The translations under genes and the position numbers were made by a program. The notes beneath the pieces are model-generated. The model saw only the letters and a program-made list of their open reading frames with translations. It was not told the origin of the DNA and did no database searches. 57,449 nucleotides of DNA from Treponema sp. (lineage in GTDB: Bacteria; Spirochaetota; Spirochaetia; Treponematales; Breznakiellaceae), in contig JAIRLU010000125.1 in assembly GCA_031259215.1 (NCBI GenBank), forward strand, positions 1 through 57,449. Direction: 5' to 3'. Positions 18,931-28,776 of this stretch are shown piece by piece. The first letter of the stretch is position 1, and each line of letters opens with the position of its first letter.

Positions 18931-18957
18931 CTTTGAAACCACCCCCTCTTTTTTAGT

Positions 18958-20697
18958 TTAAAATAGACCGGAAATCTTGCCCGTGTTGTCAACATCAATC
19001 TTCTGGGCGGCCGGCTCTTTCGAAAGGCCCGGCATCGTCATGATTTCGCCGGTGAGCGCAACAATGAAGCCCGCGCCTGCGGAAATCTTGATGTTGCGGA
19101 CGGTGAGCGTCCAATCATTCGGCGCACCGCGCACAGTCGGATCATCGGTGAAGCTGTATTGCGTCTTTGCCATACAAATCGGCACTTTATCCATGCCGAG
19201 TTTTTCGAGCTGGGCGATCTGCTTTTGCGCGTTGGCCAGGATGTTCACGTCCTTCGCATGGTAAACCTTCTTCGCTATCGCTTCGATCTTCTCTTTGATG
19301 CTCATGTTGACATCATAACAGAACTTGAACTGGTTCGGCTGTTCGCACACGCGCACGACTTCTTCGGCGAGATTCTTGCCGCCTTCGCCACCCTTCGCCC
19401 AAACTTCTGAGAGAACAACATTCGCGCCCTTCTCTTTGCATTTCTTCTCGATAAGTTCCAGTTCGGCTTTGGTGTCGGCGGGGAACGCGTTGATGGCAAC
19501 CACCGCTTGTACACCGAAAACTTCCTTCATATTGGTGATGTGCTGAAGAAGGTTCGGGAGGCCCTTATCGAGGGCGTCAAGGTTTTCCTTGTTGAGGTCG
19601 GCTTTGGCAACGCCACCGTGGTGCTTGAGCGCGCGGGCCGTGGCAACAATGATGACGCAGTTAGGCTTGAGACCGGCGAAACGGGCCTTGATGTCGAGGA
19701 ATTTTTCCGCGCCAAGGTCGCCGCCGAAGCCGCCTTCGGTAACGACGTAGCCATCTTTGCCAGCGAGTTTTAGGGCAAGGCGGGTAGCCATGATCGAGTT
19801 ACAACCGTGGGCAATATTCGCAAACGGGCCACCGTGAATGAACGCGGGGGTACCCTCGAGGGTCTGCACGAGGTTCGGCTTGAGGGCATCCTTGAGAAGG
19901 GCAGCCATCGCGCCATGAGCCTTGAGCTGGGATGCGGTAACCGGTTTTTCCGAGCCGTCCGACTGCTTGCCGTAGGTATAGCCAACGATGATGCGTCCCA
20001 GCCGCGCCTTGAGGTCGTCGATGTCCGAAGCCAGGCAGAGGATAGCCATAATTTCGGAAGCGACCGTTATGTCGTAGCCGTCTTCGCGGGGAGAGCCGTT
20101 TGCCTTGCCGCCCAGGCCGTCAACGATGAAACGCAGTTGCCTGTCGTTCATATCAACGCAACGGCGCCAGATAATTTTGCGGGGGTCAAGGTTGAGTTCG
20201 TTCCCGTGGTAGATGTGCGCGTCAATCATCGCCGCGAGGAGGTTGTTCGCCGCGCCAACTGCATGGAAGTCGCCGGTGAAGTGCAGATTGATGTCTTCCA
20301 TCGGGATGACCTGCGCCCAGCCGCCGCCCGCCGCGCCGCCCTTTACGCCGAATACCGGCCCGAGAGAGGGCTCGCGGAGCGCGACGATGACCTTTTTGCC
20401 GATTTTGGCCAAGCCGTCGGAAACGCCGACAGTCGTCGTTGTTTTGCCTTCGCCCGCCGGCGTTGGGGTAATGGCCGTCACAAGAATGAGCTTCGCATCG
20501 GGGTCTTTTTCGTGCTTGGCAAGGTAGTTGTAGTCAACTTTCGCCTTGTAGTAGCCGATGGGCTCAAGGTATTCTTCGGGAATACCAAGCCTCTTGGCAA
20601 CGTCAAAAATTTTGTCGGTATGTGCGGGATAAACCTGCTGCGCAATGTCGATATCCGATGGGTTTGGAACTCTCTTTACTCCATCTCCTGTCATAGT
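18958..20697 (-). CDS. fhs: Formate--tetrahydrofolate ligase.
   Basis: Motifs [23 protein letters not shown] and [13 protein letters not shown]. The start is at MTGDG, with AGGAGA 6 nt upstream. The gene is noticeably GC-rich at third codon positions. Confidence 0.9.
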   Translation of the reverse strand, partial: TMTGDGVKRVPNPSDIDIAQQVYPAHTDKIFDVAKRLGIPEEYLEPIGYYKAKVDYNYLAKHEKDPDAKLILVTAITPTPAGEGKTTTTVGVSDGLAKIGKKVIVALREPSLGPVFGVKGGAAGGGWAQVIPMEDINLHFTGDFHAVGAANNLLAAMIDAHIYHGNELNLDPRKIIWRRCVDMNDRQLRFIVDGLGGKANGSPREDGYDITVASEIMAILCLASDIDDLKARLGRIIVGYTYGKQSDGSEKPVTASQLKAHGAMAALLKDALKPNLVQTLEGTPAFIHGGPFANIAHGCNSIMATRLALKLAGKDGYVVTEGGFGGDLGAEKFLDIKARFAGLKPNCVIIVATARALKHHGGVAKADLNKENLDALDKGLPNLLQHITNMKEVFGVQAVVAINAFPADTKAELELIEKKCKEKGANVVLSEVWAKGGEGGKNLAEEVVRVCEQPNQFKFCYDVNMSIKEKIEAIAKKVYHAKDVNILANAQKQIAQLEKLGMDKVPICMAKTQYSFTDDPTVRGAPNDWTLTVRNIKISAGAGFIVALTGEIMTMPGLSKEPAAQKIDVDNTGKISGLF

Positions 20698-20769
20698 ATA
20701 TCTCCTGAAAATAAGTTTTTGATAAATATCAACCGCTACGAACATCTGTTCACAGCGGTTTAATATATC

Positions 20770-21759
20770 CTAGAAAAAATTACCGAGTTCGATAGTCGGG
20801 CGGCGATGAACGGTATCCTTGCCTTCCGGCGATGGGCGAAGCCCTGACCATTCAACGATGTCAGCGGCATCGGCAGCCTTGTTCAGCGTGTAGAGGTGAA
20901 TGCCTTGCACATCGCAACACATAAACTTGTGAATCTGATTCACGGTCCATTCCTTGCCGGCTTTTCTGAAGTCATCGGCGTATTGCTTTGCCACTTCAGG
21001 GGACGCTCCGCGGGGAGCGGTGTACTTACCGATGATGGCGGCGAGGCTACGCGGAATGGCACTTTCGTTCGGAATCATCGTAAGGGCCGAAATGTTCGGA
21101 CCGCCTTCGGTGAAACGCGCGTTGAGGGCCGGCATAACGCCCAACACTACCGGTAGATGGAAACCGGCGTGGCGAAGCTGCTTAATCCACTTCTCGTAGG
21201 TTTCCACATCGTGGCAGGTTTGCGCGAGGCAGAATTCCGCTCCAGCATCTTGCTTTATACGCATAAAGGCCATATCCGACCAAGGGCTTCGCGCATCGGT
21301 GTGAATTTCAGGGTCGCCCGCACAGGCGATGCAGTAATTGGGGTGTTTCTTGTGAATATAGTCCACCAGCTGGCTGGCATAATGGAAGGTGCCGCCCGTC
21401 TTGACATCCGGCTTGCCTGTCGTCGGGTCGATACGGTAGTCGCCGCGGAGAGCCAGTATGTTCTCGAGTCCGTGAGAGGCATACTCTTTAAGGTTGTCGT
21501 CGATGCTCTTCTCAGTCTCCATAATACAGGTGTAGTGCGTCATGCAATTGATGTCCTGTTTTTGGACGTAGGAACAAACTTCCACGCTCTTACCCTTGTT
21601 GGTGCCGCCCGCGCCATAGGTGCAACTGATGAAATCCGGGTTGTACTTCTTGCAAATGTCGATTTCTTTCTGCAACTTGGGTACACCATCGTCCTCTTTT
21701 GGGGGAAACACCTCAAATGACACCGTCATTCTCTTCTTTAGGATTTCTGCTATTCGCAT
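20770..21759 (-). CDS. metF: Methylenetetrahydrofolate reductase, copy 1. It is the higher-GC copy and has internal and C-terminal extensions.
   Basis: Motifs SFEVFPPK, FISCTYGAGG, LALRGD and QDAGAEF. The start is at MRIAEILKK, with GGAGG 4 nt upstream. Confidence 0.85.
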   Translation of the reverse strand: MRIAEILKKRMTVSFEVFPPKEDDGVPKLQKEIDICKKYNPDFISCTYGAGGTNKGKSVEVCSYVQKQDINCMTHYTCIMETEKSIDDNLKEYASHGLENILALRGDYRIDPTTGKPDVKTGGTFHYASQLVDYIHKKHPNYCIACAGDPEIHTDARSPWSDMAFMRIKQDAGAEFCLAQTCHDVETYEKWIKQLRHAGFHLPVVLGVMPALNARFTEGGPNISALTMIPNESAIPRSLAAIIGKYTAPRGASPEVAKQYADDFRKAGKEWTVNQIHKFMCCDVQGIHLYTLNKAADAADIVEWSGLRPSPEGKDTVHRRPTIELGNFF

Positions 21760-21906
21760 ATAACCTCCATGCCGTTTGCACACGCTGGGCAAACGTAGAT
21801 TCGGCCCAGTCGAATCTATTTTATTTTTAAAACCGTAAGTGGAAACTCCCCTTATTTTCGGTCTTGATTTAATATATCAGAAAAAAATCACCTTGTCAAA
21901 ATCTTT

Positions 21907-21996
21907 TTACAACTTGGGAACACCATCCTCCTCCTTCAGAGGGAATACCTCAAAGGAAAACATCATTCTCTTCTTGAGAATCTCTGTGATTTTCAT
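21907..21996 (-). pseudogene. 5' stump of a metF gene: 29 codons followed by TAA.
   Basis: MKITEILKKRMMFSFEVFPLKEEDGVPKL-stop, with GGAGG 5 nt upstream. It aligns with the first 29 residues of metF copy 1. Nucleotide similarity continues about 20 nt past the stop. Confidence 0.75.
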
Positions 21997-22279
21997 CAAT
22001 ACCTCCACACTTTTTTGCACGATTCGTTCGGAATCACTTTATTATACCAGTAGAAATATGCTATGTCAACAAAAATTATTTAAAAAATTAAAATCACCTC
22101 CCCCTCATACCTATTCGGTTACTCCTATAACCATATTCACCGGCAAAAAGCACTAAAAAACATACACCCGGGCACCCTAGGCACTCCAATAGAAGTGGAA
22201 AATTTCCCCAGACCCTCTCCCGTTCAGATACCGGAATCACCCTCCTTCCTTGAGCACGATCATCATCAAAATTGTATTG

Positions 22280-23146
22280 CTACTGTTTCTGAACTTTAAT
22301 ACCCGAGGCAAGTACAATCTTTGATACATCTTCGTATTTATTCAATGTAAAGATGTGGATTCCATTAGCACCGGCGTTTATGTATCGGTACAATTGCTCC
22401 ACCGTGTACTCAATGCCGGCCTTCTTGAAGCTTTCCGAATCATCTCCATATTTTCCCATAATAGCCGCCAGTTCTTGCGGAATCGAACAGCCTTTGGCAA
22501 TGGTCATACGGATGACCGGATCTTTAACCAGAATCGGCATAAGCCCCACGACAAACGGAACCGTTACTCCTGCCTTGCGGGCACGCTCGGCAAAGCGCGC
22601 ATACGCATCTACATCATGGCAGAGCTGCAGCATGATGAATTCCGCCCCCGCGTCTTGTTTGCTCCGCAGGTGAACCATATCCGACTCAAAACTGGATGCC
22701 AAGATGTGCTTTTCCGGATACCCTGCGGCCGCAAGACACACATGGGGAAATTCCGCTTTCAGGAAGGTAATCAGCTTATCCGCATGATCAAAATCACCGC
22801 CTGTACCCTGCTGCCCCTTCGGGAAATCTCCCCGCATGGCCAGTATGTTCTCAACACCTATATGGGTATACTCGTTAATGATCGTTTTAATGTCACTACA
22901 GGTATTACCGATACAGGTAAAATGGGTTATGATTTCATGGCCGCTCTTCTTGACCGATTCACAAACTTCCTTACTACGTCCCTTGGTCGTACCACCGGCG
23001 CCATAGGTACAACTTATAAAGTCAGGTTCAAAACGATAGAGTTCAGAGAGCGTCTTCAATAACGGCTCCATGGGCTGATCGTTTTTAGGGGGGAAAACTT
23101 CAAAGGAAAAACTCAACCGTTCTTTAAAGATCTCAGAGATTTTCAA
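22280..23146 (-). CDS. metF: Methylenetetrahydrofolate reductase, copy 2 (lower-GC copy).
   Basis: Motifs SFEVFPPK, FISCTYGAGG, LAMRGD and QDAGAEF. The likely start is TTG at 23146 (LKISEIFKE), with AGGAGG 4 nt upstream, rather than ATG at 23164. Confidence 0.85.
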   Translation of the reverse strand: MKISEIFKERLSFSFEVFPPKNDQPMEPLLKTLSELYRFEPDFISCTYGAGGTTKGRSKEVCESVKKSGHEIITHFTCIGNTCSDIKTIINEYTHIGVENILAMRGDFPKGQQGTGGDFDHADKLITFLKAEFPHVCLAAAGYPEKHILASSFESDMVHLRSKQDAGAEFIMLQLCHDVDAYARFAERARKAGVTVPFVVGLMPILVKDPVIRMTIAKGCSIPQELAAIMGKYGDDSESFKKAGIEYTVEQLYRYINAGANGIHIFTLNKYEDVSKIVLASGIKVQKQ

Positions 23147-23334
23147 GTGGCCTCCTAGCTGCATAAATCGAATTTACCGGTACCCCCAATCTGATCCATA
23201 ATGACAACGATTCAGTATCGTACCGAATTAAAAATATAGAAATAATACTCTATGGCTGCTGCCATTTGAACATACCCCTGTCCTTAATGAGCGCATTATT
23301 ATAATCGAACAGGAAATACCGTAATATTAAATCT

Positions 23335-23362
23335 AGTATATCCTATAACGGATCTTTGTCAA
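23335..23362 (-). promoter_or_regulatory. Sigma-70-type promoter for the metF...folD (Wood-Ljungdahl methyl-branch) transcription unit.
   Basis: Minus-sense sequence is TTGACA, a 16-nt spacer (aagatccgttatagga), then TATACT. It lies about 180 nt upstream of the metF copy 2 start. Confidence 0.45.
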
Positions 23363-23640
23363 GCAAAATTTTTTGGTAAATCTACCGCACCTGTGCATAA
23401 CATCCTGAATTGAGCCCTATCAACGCTATAAATAAATTTTTATAGGTATCTACTTCATGGAAATACGCTTATTTATGCCTTCTCTATAACCCCATAGACC
23501 CCCAGAATTAAGAGTATAGTGATTTTTACGGCCTTTTTAATAAAATCCCTGAATAATTTGATACACAGATCGGATAATAGGCAAAAAATAGCAATTTTTA
23601 TACTTGATACTGGATTAAATAAATATCTATATATAAATTT

Positions 23641-24462
23641 TTATAGCCTTTGAATCGTATAATGCCGAGGTTCCGCTGAGACCGGATCGTAAAACCTAAT
23701 CCCTTCAGCCATGAGGCCCAATACCGGAAACTCCTGCTCCTCCCCATAAACCCTATCAGAACCAGGGTTCCAATGGGGAATAGCATCCCTCCTTACGCCT
23801 CCATACAGGGTATCATTGAGTAGAGGATACCCGATCCATGCCAGATGGCAGCGGATCTGGTGCCGAAACCCTCGTTTAATCCGCAGCCGAAAATAGGTGT
23901 CCTCTACAGAAAGGTTCTTGTGTACAATAATTTCCGTTACATAAGGGATCCCCTGGTCCAGGGCGCGGATCTTCTTACGCTTCCCCGGTTTCCTCAGCAA
24001 GTTTGAACCATCCCAAACCGGGAATACCACCGGCCGCACCGCTTTTCTCCCCGGACCATAGGGTCGAAAACCACTGGCAATGATGCAGGAGTCCAAACCA
24101 CCGGAAAAGGCTTGGGGAAAGCCTGGAAGCAGGCCCGCTCTTTTCGTCGCTCGCGCACCGTATTCCTTGATAATATACCCCCTTTCCTGTTGGGCCAAGA
24201 GGACCTCTAGGGCGCTCTGCGTCTTCGCCACGAGGACCAGACCCTGAGTTTCATAATCAAGGCGATGGACTATACCCCCTTCCCACGGATGCTTCCCTTG
24301 CACGTTAAGCACCGGAGGAAAAAGATTTCCGTACCACTCCAGAAGACTTGGTTCATGTCCAGCTTTTCCCGCATATTTCTTCAAGGGCACCGTGTGTACC
24401 CGGGGGGGCTTAAACAGCACCGCATAAGCCGGGGTTTCATCCACTACCGAAGGATTACGCAT
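23641..24462 (-). CDS. RluA-family pseudouridine synthase.
   Basis: Catalytic motif HRLDYETQGLVLVAKT, together with the C-terminal HQIRCHLAWIGYPLLND. Confidence 0.75.
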   Translation of the reverse strand: MRNPSVVDETPAYAVLFKPPRVHTVPLKKYAGKAGHEPSLLEWYGNLFPPVLNVQGKHPWEGGIVHRLDYETQGLVLVAKTQSALEVLLAQQERGYIIKEYGARATKRAGLLPGFPQAFSGGLDSCIIASGFRPYGPGRKAVRPVVFPVWDGSNLLRKPGKRKKIRALDQGIPYVTEIIVHKNLSVEDTYFRLRIKRGFRHQIRCHLAWIGYPLLNDTLYGGVRRDAIPHWNPGSDRVYGEEQEFPVLGLMAEGIRFYDPVSAEPRHYTIQRL

Positions 24463-24558
24463 ACCCTCATTATACGTAACGCTCCTATCCGCAACTATAC
24501 CAAATCACCTGGTACCAGTAGAGTACTGTTCCAGCGACTAATCCGTCCTTCCCGGTCT

Positions 24559-26004
24559 TTACCGTCTCCAGTATTCTGGAGAAAACAGCACCAACACGGT
24601 CCAGAGTTCCAGTCGTCCAGAAATCATCACAAAAGAGAAAACCCACTTGATATGATCCGGGAAGGCCCCGTAATGACGGCTGGGCCCAATCGCGCCGAAA
24701 CCGACCCCGATGTTCCCTGTAACCGAGAGGGCCGCGCTGAAGGCAGAGAACAGATCCGTCCCAGAAGCCGCGGTTATGAGGGTAGTGGCGGCAATCACTA
24801 GAAAATAGAGAAACGCAAAGCCCGCAACCCCGTAGACGACATCCTTACGGCCCACCTTGCGGTTAAGCTGTACACTGAAAATGCCCTGGGGATAGATGAG
24901 TTGCCGCAGTTCATTGCCGGCCTGTTTCCAGAGCACCACATGGCGTATCACTTTGAGACCTCCCGCAGTAGAACCAGAACAGCCCCCGATGAACATGAGG
25001 ATGAAAAGAACCCCCTGGGCAAGGGAAGGCCAAGTTTCGTAATCAGTAACGATTGCTCCAGTGGTGGAAAGGATCGAAACCACCTGATAGATCCCGTATC
25101 GAGCAGCCCTGCCTAGGGAACCGTAGACCTCCAAAAGGCTTCCCGTAATCAGCCCAGAAGCAATAATAAAAATACACAGGTAAGCCCGGCCTTCGGAATT
25201 ACGCCACAGATCCGTGAATTTACCCCTGAGAAGCCGCACATAGAGGTTAAAATTAAACCCTGCTAGAAACATGAATACCGTGGAAACGAGATCGATGAAA
25301 GGTGAATCATAAAAACTGATACCCTTATTTTTCGTACTCACTCCTCCAGAAGCCATGGTCGTAAAGGCATGACAGAGCGCATCGAAGCCCTTCATACCCC
25401 CTAAGCAGTAGAGCAGGAATAGGATCACCGTGAGACCGCAGTAAACCAGCCAGAGCATCTTGGCGGTGGCAGTGATCTTGGGGGTGATCTTCTCTTTCTC
25501 CGGCCCCGGAGTTTCGGCCTTGATGAGTTGAAACCCTCCGACCCCGAGGAGCGGCATGAGGGCCACGGTGAGTAGGATGATCCCCATACCGCCGAACCAG
25601 TGGGTGGTACTCCGCCAAAAGAGGAGCGCTCTTGGCAGGGATTCCACCTCGGATAGAGTACTCGCCCCGGTGGTGGCGAAGCCGCAGGCGCTCTCAAAAA
25701 CCGCATCAACGAAACTAAAGCCCACCCCGGAAAGATAATAGGGAAGGGCCCCCAGAAGACTTATCCCAATCCAGGTGAGGAAAACCAGGAGGAATCCATC
25801 CTGGGGACCAAAACGGAAGGGTGTTTTTTTGAAAGACCAGAGGGCAGGTACGGCGAAAACAAGCGTAATACCCATGGGAATGGCAAAGGCCCGTATCAGC
25901 AGGAATTCACCGGCAGCCAAGGCTATACCAAAGGCCGGAAGCAGCATAGGAACTGCAATACCCATGGTGAGGGCAATGATACGAAGCATCATCAACCATT
26001 TCAT
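24559..26004 (-). CDS. trkH: TrkH/KtrB-family potassium uptake membrane protein.
   Basis: A polytopic protein with repeated pore-loop motifs (GFATTGAS, TTMASGGVST, STTGA, GGCSGSTAGGLK). The start is placed at the inner Met (MKWLMML). Confidence 0.8.
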   Translation of the reverse strand: MKWLMMLRIIALTMGIAVPMLLPAFGIALAAGEFLLIRAFAIPMGITLVFAVPALWSFKKTPFRFGPQDGFLLVFLTWIGISLLGALPYYLSGVGFSFVDAVFESACGFATTGASTLSEVESLPRALLFWRSTTHWFGGMGIILLTVALMPLLGVGGFQLIKAETPGPEKEKITPKITATAKMLWLVYCGLTVILFLLYCLGGMKGFDALCHAFTTMASGGVSTKNKGISFYDSPFIDLVSTVFMFLAGFNFNLYVRLLRGKFTDLWRNSEGRAYLCIFIIASGLITGSLLEVYGSLGRAARYGIYQVVSILSTTGAIVTDYETWPSLAQGVLFILMFIGGCSGSTAGGLKVIRHVVLWKQAGNELRQLIYPQGIFSVQLNRKVGRKDVVYGVAGFAFLYFLVIAATTLITAASGTDLFSAFSAALSVTGNIGVGFGAIGPSRHYGAFPDHIKWVFSFVMISGRLELWTVLVLFSPEYWRR

Positions 26005-26145
26005 ATACTGACTATAGCATACCCTTTGTTTAAGAAGGTATAGGGATATCCTGCATGATGGAGTACCATACACGACCACCGTACGTGGTACTACAAAAAG
26101 GCTCGTATCCAGTCTATGATTGGCTCTACAGTAAGGATGGAGCAC

Positions 26146-26781
26146 ATGATTGAACTAGTGGCTTTTTTAGGAAACCCGGGCAGGGAATATGCACAAAACC
26201 GACATAATGCAGGACGCTTGCTTGCAGAAGCCCTTCCTTTTTCTGCAGCTTTACCGTGGCAGAAAAAGTACAAAGGAATGTACACGAGCATAGAAGGAAA
26301 TATGCTACTGGCCTATCAAAAGGAGGTATCGGTACCGGTATCCCAGGAGGAACAAGCCATTCCCGGTACGATACATCTACTTTTACCTGAAACCTATATG
26401 AATCTCTCCGGGGATTCGGTGTATGCTGCAGCTTCTTTTTTTAAGGTTCCCGTAAGGAATATCCTCGTGGTTCATGACGAGTTAGAGTTACCCTTGGGAA
26501 CCGCGGCATATAAGTTTTCCGGTGGATTAGGAGGCCACAACGGTCTCCGTTCCATGAAGGCCAATTTCGTCACCGGAGATTTCTGGCGGTTTCGCCTCGG
26601 CATCGGCCGCCCACCCCATGCTGATGTGGATATAGCGGATTGGGTGCTTTCGGATTTTAGCCCAGATGAAAAATCAATTTTTGCACGAGTCCTGGACTCC
26701 TGTACCCACGCACTGATTCAGGCCTTGGTGCATGGGCCAGAATCCCTCCTCCCGGAATGGAACAAGAAACAACTCCTATGA
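26146..26781 (+). CDS. pth: Peptidyl-tRNA hydrolase.
   Basis: Motifs LVAFLGNPGREYAQNRHNAG, TYMNLSG and GGHNGLRS. There is an insertion of about 30 aa after the first third. The start is placed at MIELVAF. Confidence 0.85.
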   Translation: MIELVAFLGNPGREYAQNRHNAGRLLAEALPFSAALPWQKKYKGMYTSIEGNMLLAYQKEVSVPVSQEEQAIPGTIHLLLPETYMNLSGDSVYAAASFFKVPVRNILVVHDELELPLGTAAYKFSGGLGGHNGLRSMKANFVTGDFWRFRLGIGRPPHADVDIADWVLSDFSPDEKSIFARVLDSCTHALIQALVHGPESLLPEWNKKQLL

Positions 26782-27306
26782 GCTATTGGGTATACGGTAC
26801 AGAACCGGTGGAGGGGCTGGCTCCTCCACCTCTTCCTGACCATGCTTCACTCCAGGATCAGCATCTTTTTCGTGTACTCTCCGCTGAACCTGGGAACTCC
26901 CTACTTCGTCGAGAATGTTAGTTTCTTCTCCAAGCTGAAACTGACGGTATTCCGCTTCCTGGTGTTCCCGAACCTTAGCTATGATCTTACGATCCCGGGA
27001 TGCGGCAAGATACACCTCCCGGGCCTCCTCAACCTTGCGTTTTGCCTGAGCAGCATCCTCTAGAAGACGGTTTTTGGTGCTCTCCAGCCTTTGTATGTAC
27101 CGGTCAAAGGCCACAATCTCCGCGGTGCCACGACCCGCGCGGCCCTGTTCATTCCCAATCCGGATCCGTTCTGCTGCGAGAGCTCCGATCCCCTGCTCAA
27201 TTTGCGTAAGGGCCCCTATCGCTCTACCCAATTCAAGCTTAGTCTCTTGCTCCTGGTATTCCCGAAGCACCAACACCTTCTGCAGTCCAAAGTGGAAACG
27301 CCTCAT
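26776..27306 (-). CDS. fliJ: Flagellar export chaperone FliJ.
   Basis: Coiled-coil protein with FGLQKVLVLREYQEQE at the N-terminus. It follows fliI. Confidence 0.7.
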   Translation of the reverse strand: MRRFHFGLQKVLVLREYQEQETKLELGRAIGALTQIEQGIGALAAERIRIGNEQGRAGRGTAEIVAFDRYIQRLESTKNRLLEDAAQAKRKVEEAREVYLAASRDRKIIAKVREHQEAEYRQFQLGEETNILDEVGSSQVQRRVHEKDADPGVKHGQEEVEEPAPPPVLYRIPNSS

Positions 27307-27319
27307 ACTTTACCACCGC

Positions 27320-28771
27320 CTACCTGGCGTTATTCCTGGTAGTACCTGCTTCCGCCCCCTCTGTTTCATCAAAAAAGGGATCCCCCTCCTGGTTTGCCCG
27401 TAAAAAATCCGCTGCCCCGGTGGCTTTTTGATAGACCTGCATCTCTTCATCCGGTATGGTACTGCCGGAAATCCCGGCCATCATTTTGAGGGTTTCTGCA
27501 ATCGTGGATTTCTCATCCACTCCCTGGATGAGAAATTCCTCGATAGCTCCATGCTTCATGATCGCATCATCAATAGCAGGATTTGAACCGGTATGATAGG
27601 CCCCCACATTGATGAGGTCCTCGTTTTCTGCATAAAGCGCCATGAACCGCCTGAGGGCCCCGGCCGCTTTATTGGTAAAGGGCCCTGAAACCATCGGTGC
27701 AAGACGGGAGACACTGGCAAGCACGTCAATAGCCGGATAATGATAGGCCTGGGCAAGGGACCGGGAGAGGACAATATGTCCATCCAGGATTCCCCGCACC
27801 GTATCGGCTACGGGTTCATCCATATCATCTCCATCTACCAGGACCGTATAAAATCCGGTGATGGTTCCCTTTTCCGCAGTACCGCATCGTTCCAGGAGCT
27901 TAGGCATTTGGTCAAACATACTGGGGGTATAGCCCCTGGTGGCAGGAGGTTCCCCTATGGCCAGTCCTATTTCCCGTTGAGCCCGGGCAAACCGGGTAAC
28001 TGAATCAAAGAGGAGCATCACATCCAGGCCCTGATCCCGGAAGTATTCGGCTACTGCCGTAGCTACATAGGCTCCCCGCAGGCGCGCCAAGGGGGGAGAA
28101 TTGGAGGGACTCACCACGATGACACTCCGGGCAAAGCCTTCAGGGCCGAGATCGTTTTCGATAAAGTCATTAACTTCCCGTCCCCGTTCACCGATAAGGG
28201 CAACCACGTTTACATCTGCATTAGTATTTCGGGCGATCATCCCCAAGAGCGTCGATTTTCCCACCCCAGATCCGGCAAAAATACCCAGTCGCTGCCCTTG
28301 ACCCACTGCTAAAACTCCGTCGATGGCTCGCACCCCGGTACAAATCCGCTTGGTTACCCGTCTGCGCTTGAGCGGATCCGGCGCCTGAGCCATAGCGGGA
28401 TAATACTGAATTGCCTTAATGCCCCCTCTACCGTCAATCGGCTTACCCTGAGAATCCAAAATCCGGCCTAATAATGCGTTGGAAACCGGCACTTCCAGGG
28501 TCCTGCCTGAGGCAATGACCCGGTTTCCCACCTCAATTCCGTCAGTGTCCTGATATGCCATGAGCTGGACCGTTTTATCCCGGAGCCCTACCACCTCTGA
28601 CAGGATCACCCCTGGTCCCTTAGGAGCTTCAATACGACACAGTTCTCCCATGACCCCCACAGGCCCCCGGCTTTCAATGAGGAGCCCTTGAACCTTAGTA
28701 ACATGGCCCACATATTTGATCGTATCGACCTGTTCAGTCGCTTCACGGTATTTGGAGATAAGGGTTTCCAT
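27320..28771 (-). CDS. fliI: Flagellum-specific ATPase FliI.
   Basis: F1-ATPase-like protein with Walker A GSGVGKSTLLGMI and Walker B MLLFDSVTRFA. Confidence 0.9.
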   Translation of the reverse strand: METLISKYREATEQVDTIKYVGHVTKVQGLLIESRGPVGVMGELCRIEAPKGPGVILSEVVGLRDKTVQLMAYQDTDGIEVGNRVIASGRTLEVPVSNALLGRILDSQGKPIDGRGGIKAIQYYPAMAQAPDPLKRRRVTKRICTGVRAIDGVLAVGQGQRLGIFAGSGVGKSTLLGMIARNTNADVNVVALIGERGREVNDFIENDLGPEGFARSVIVVSPSNSPPLARLRGAYVATAVAEYFRDQGLDVMLLFDSVTRFARAQREIGLAIGEPPATRGYTPSMFDQMPKLLERCGTAEKGTITGFYTVLVDGDDMDEPVADTVRGILDGHIVLSRSLAQAYHYPAIDVLASVSRLAPMVSGPFTNKAAGALRRFMALYAENEDLINVGAYHTGSNPAIDDAIMKHGAIEEFLIQGVDEKSTIAETLKMMAGISGSTIPDEEMQVYQKATGAADFLRANQEGDPFFDETEGAEAGTTRNNAR

Positions 28772-28776
28772 GGACC

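Noticed and set aside
19807-20763. 318-aa plus-strand ORF, plus several 70-100 aa ORFs, inside fhs.
   Set aside because: They are antisense to a strongly supported gene in a GC-rich stretch, where stop codons are rare. Their composition is Arg/Ala/Gly-rich and they carry no motifs.
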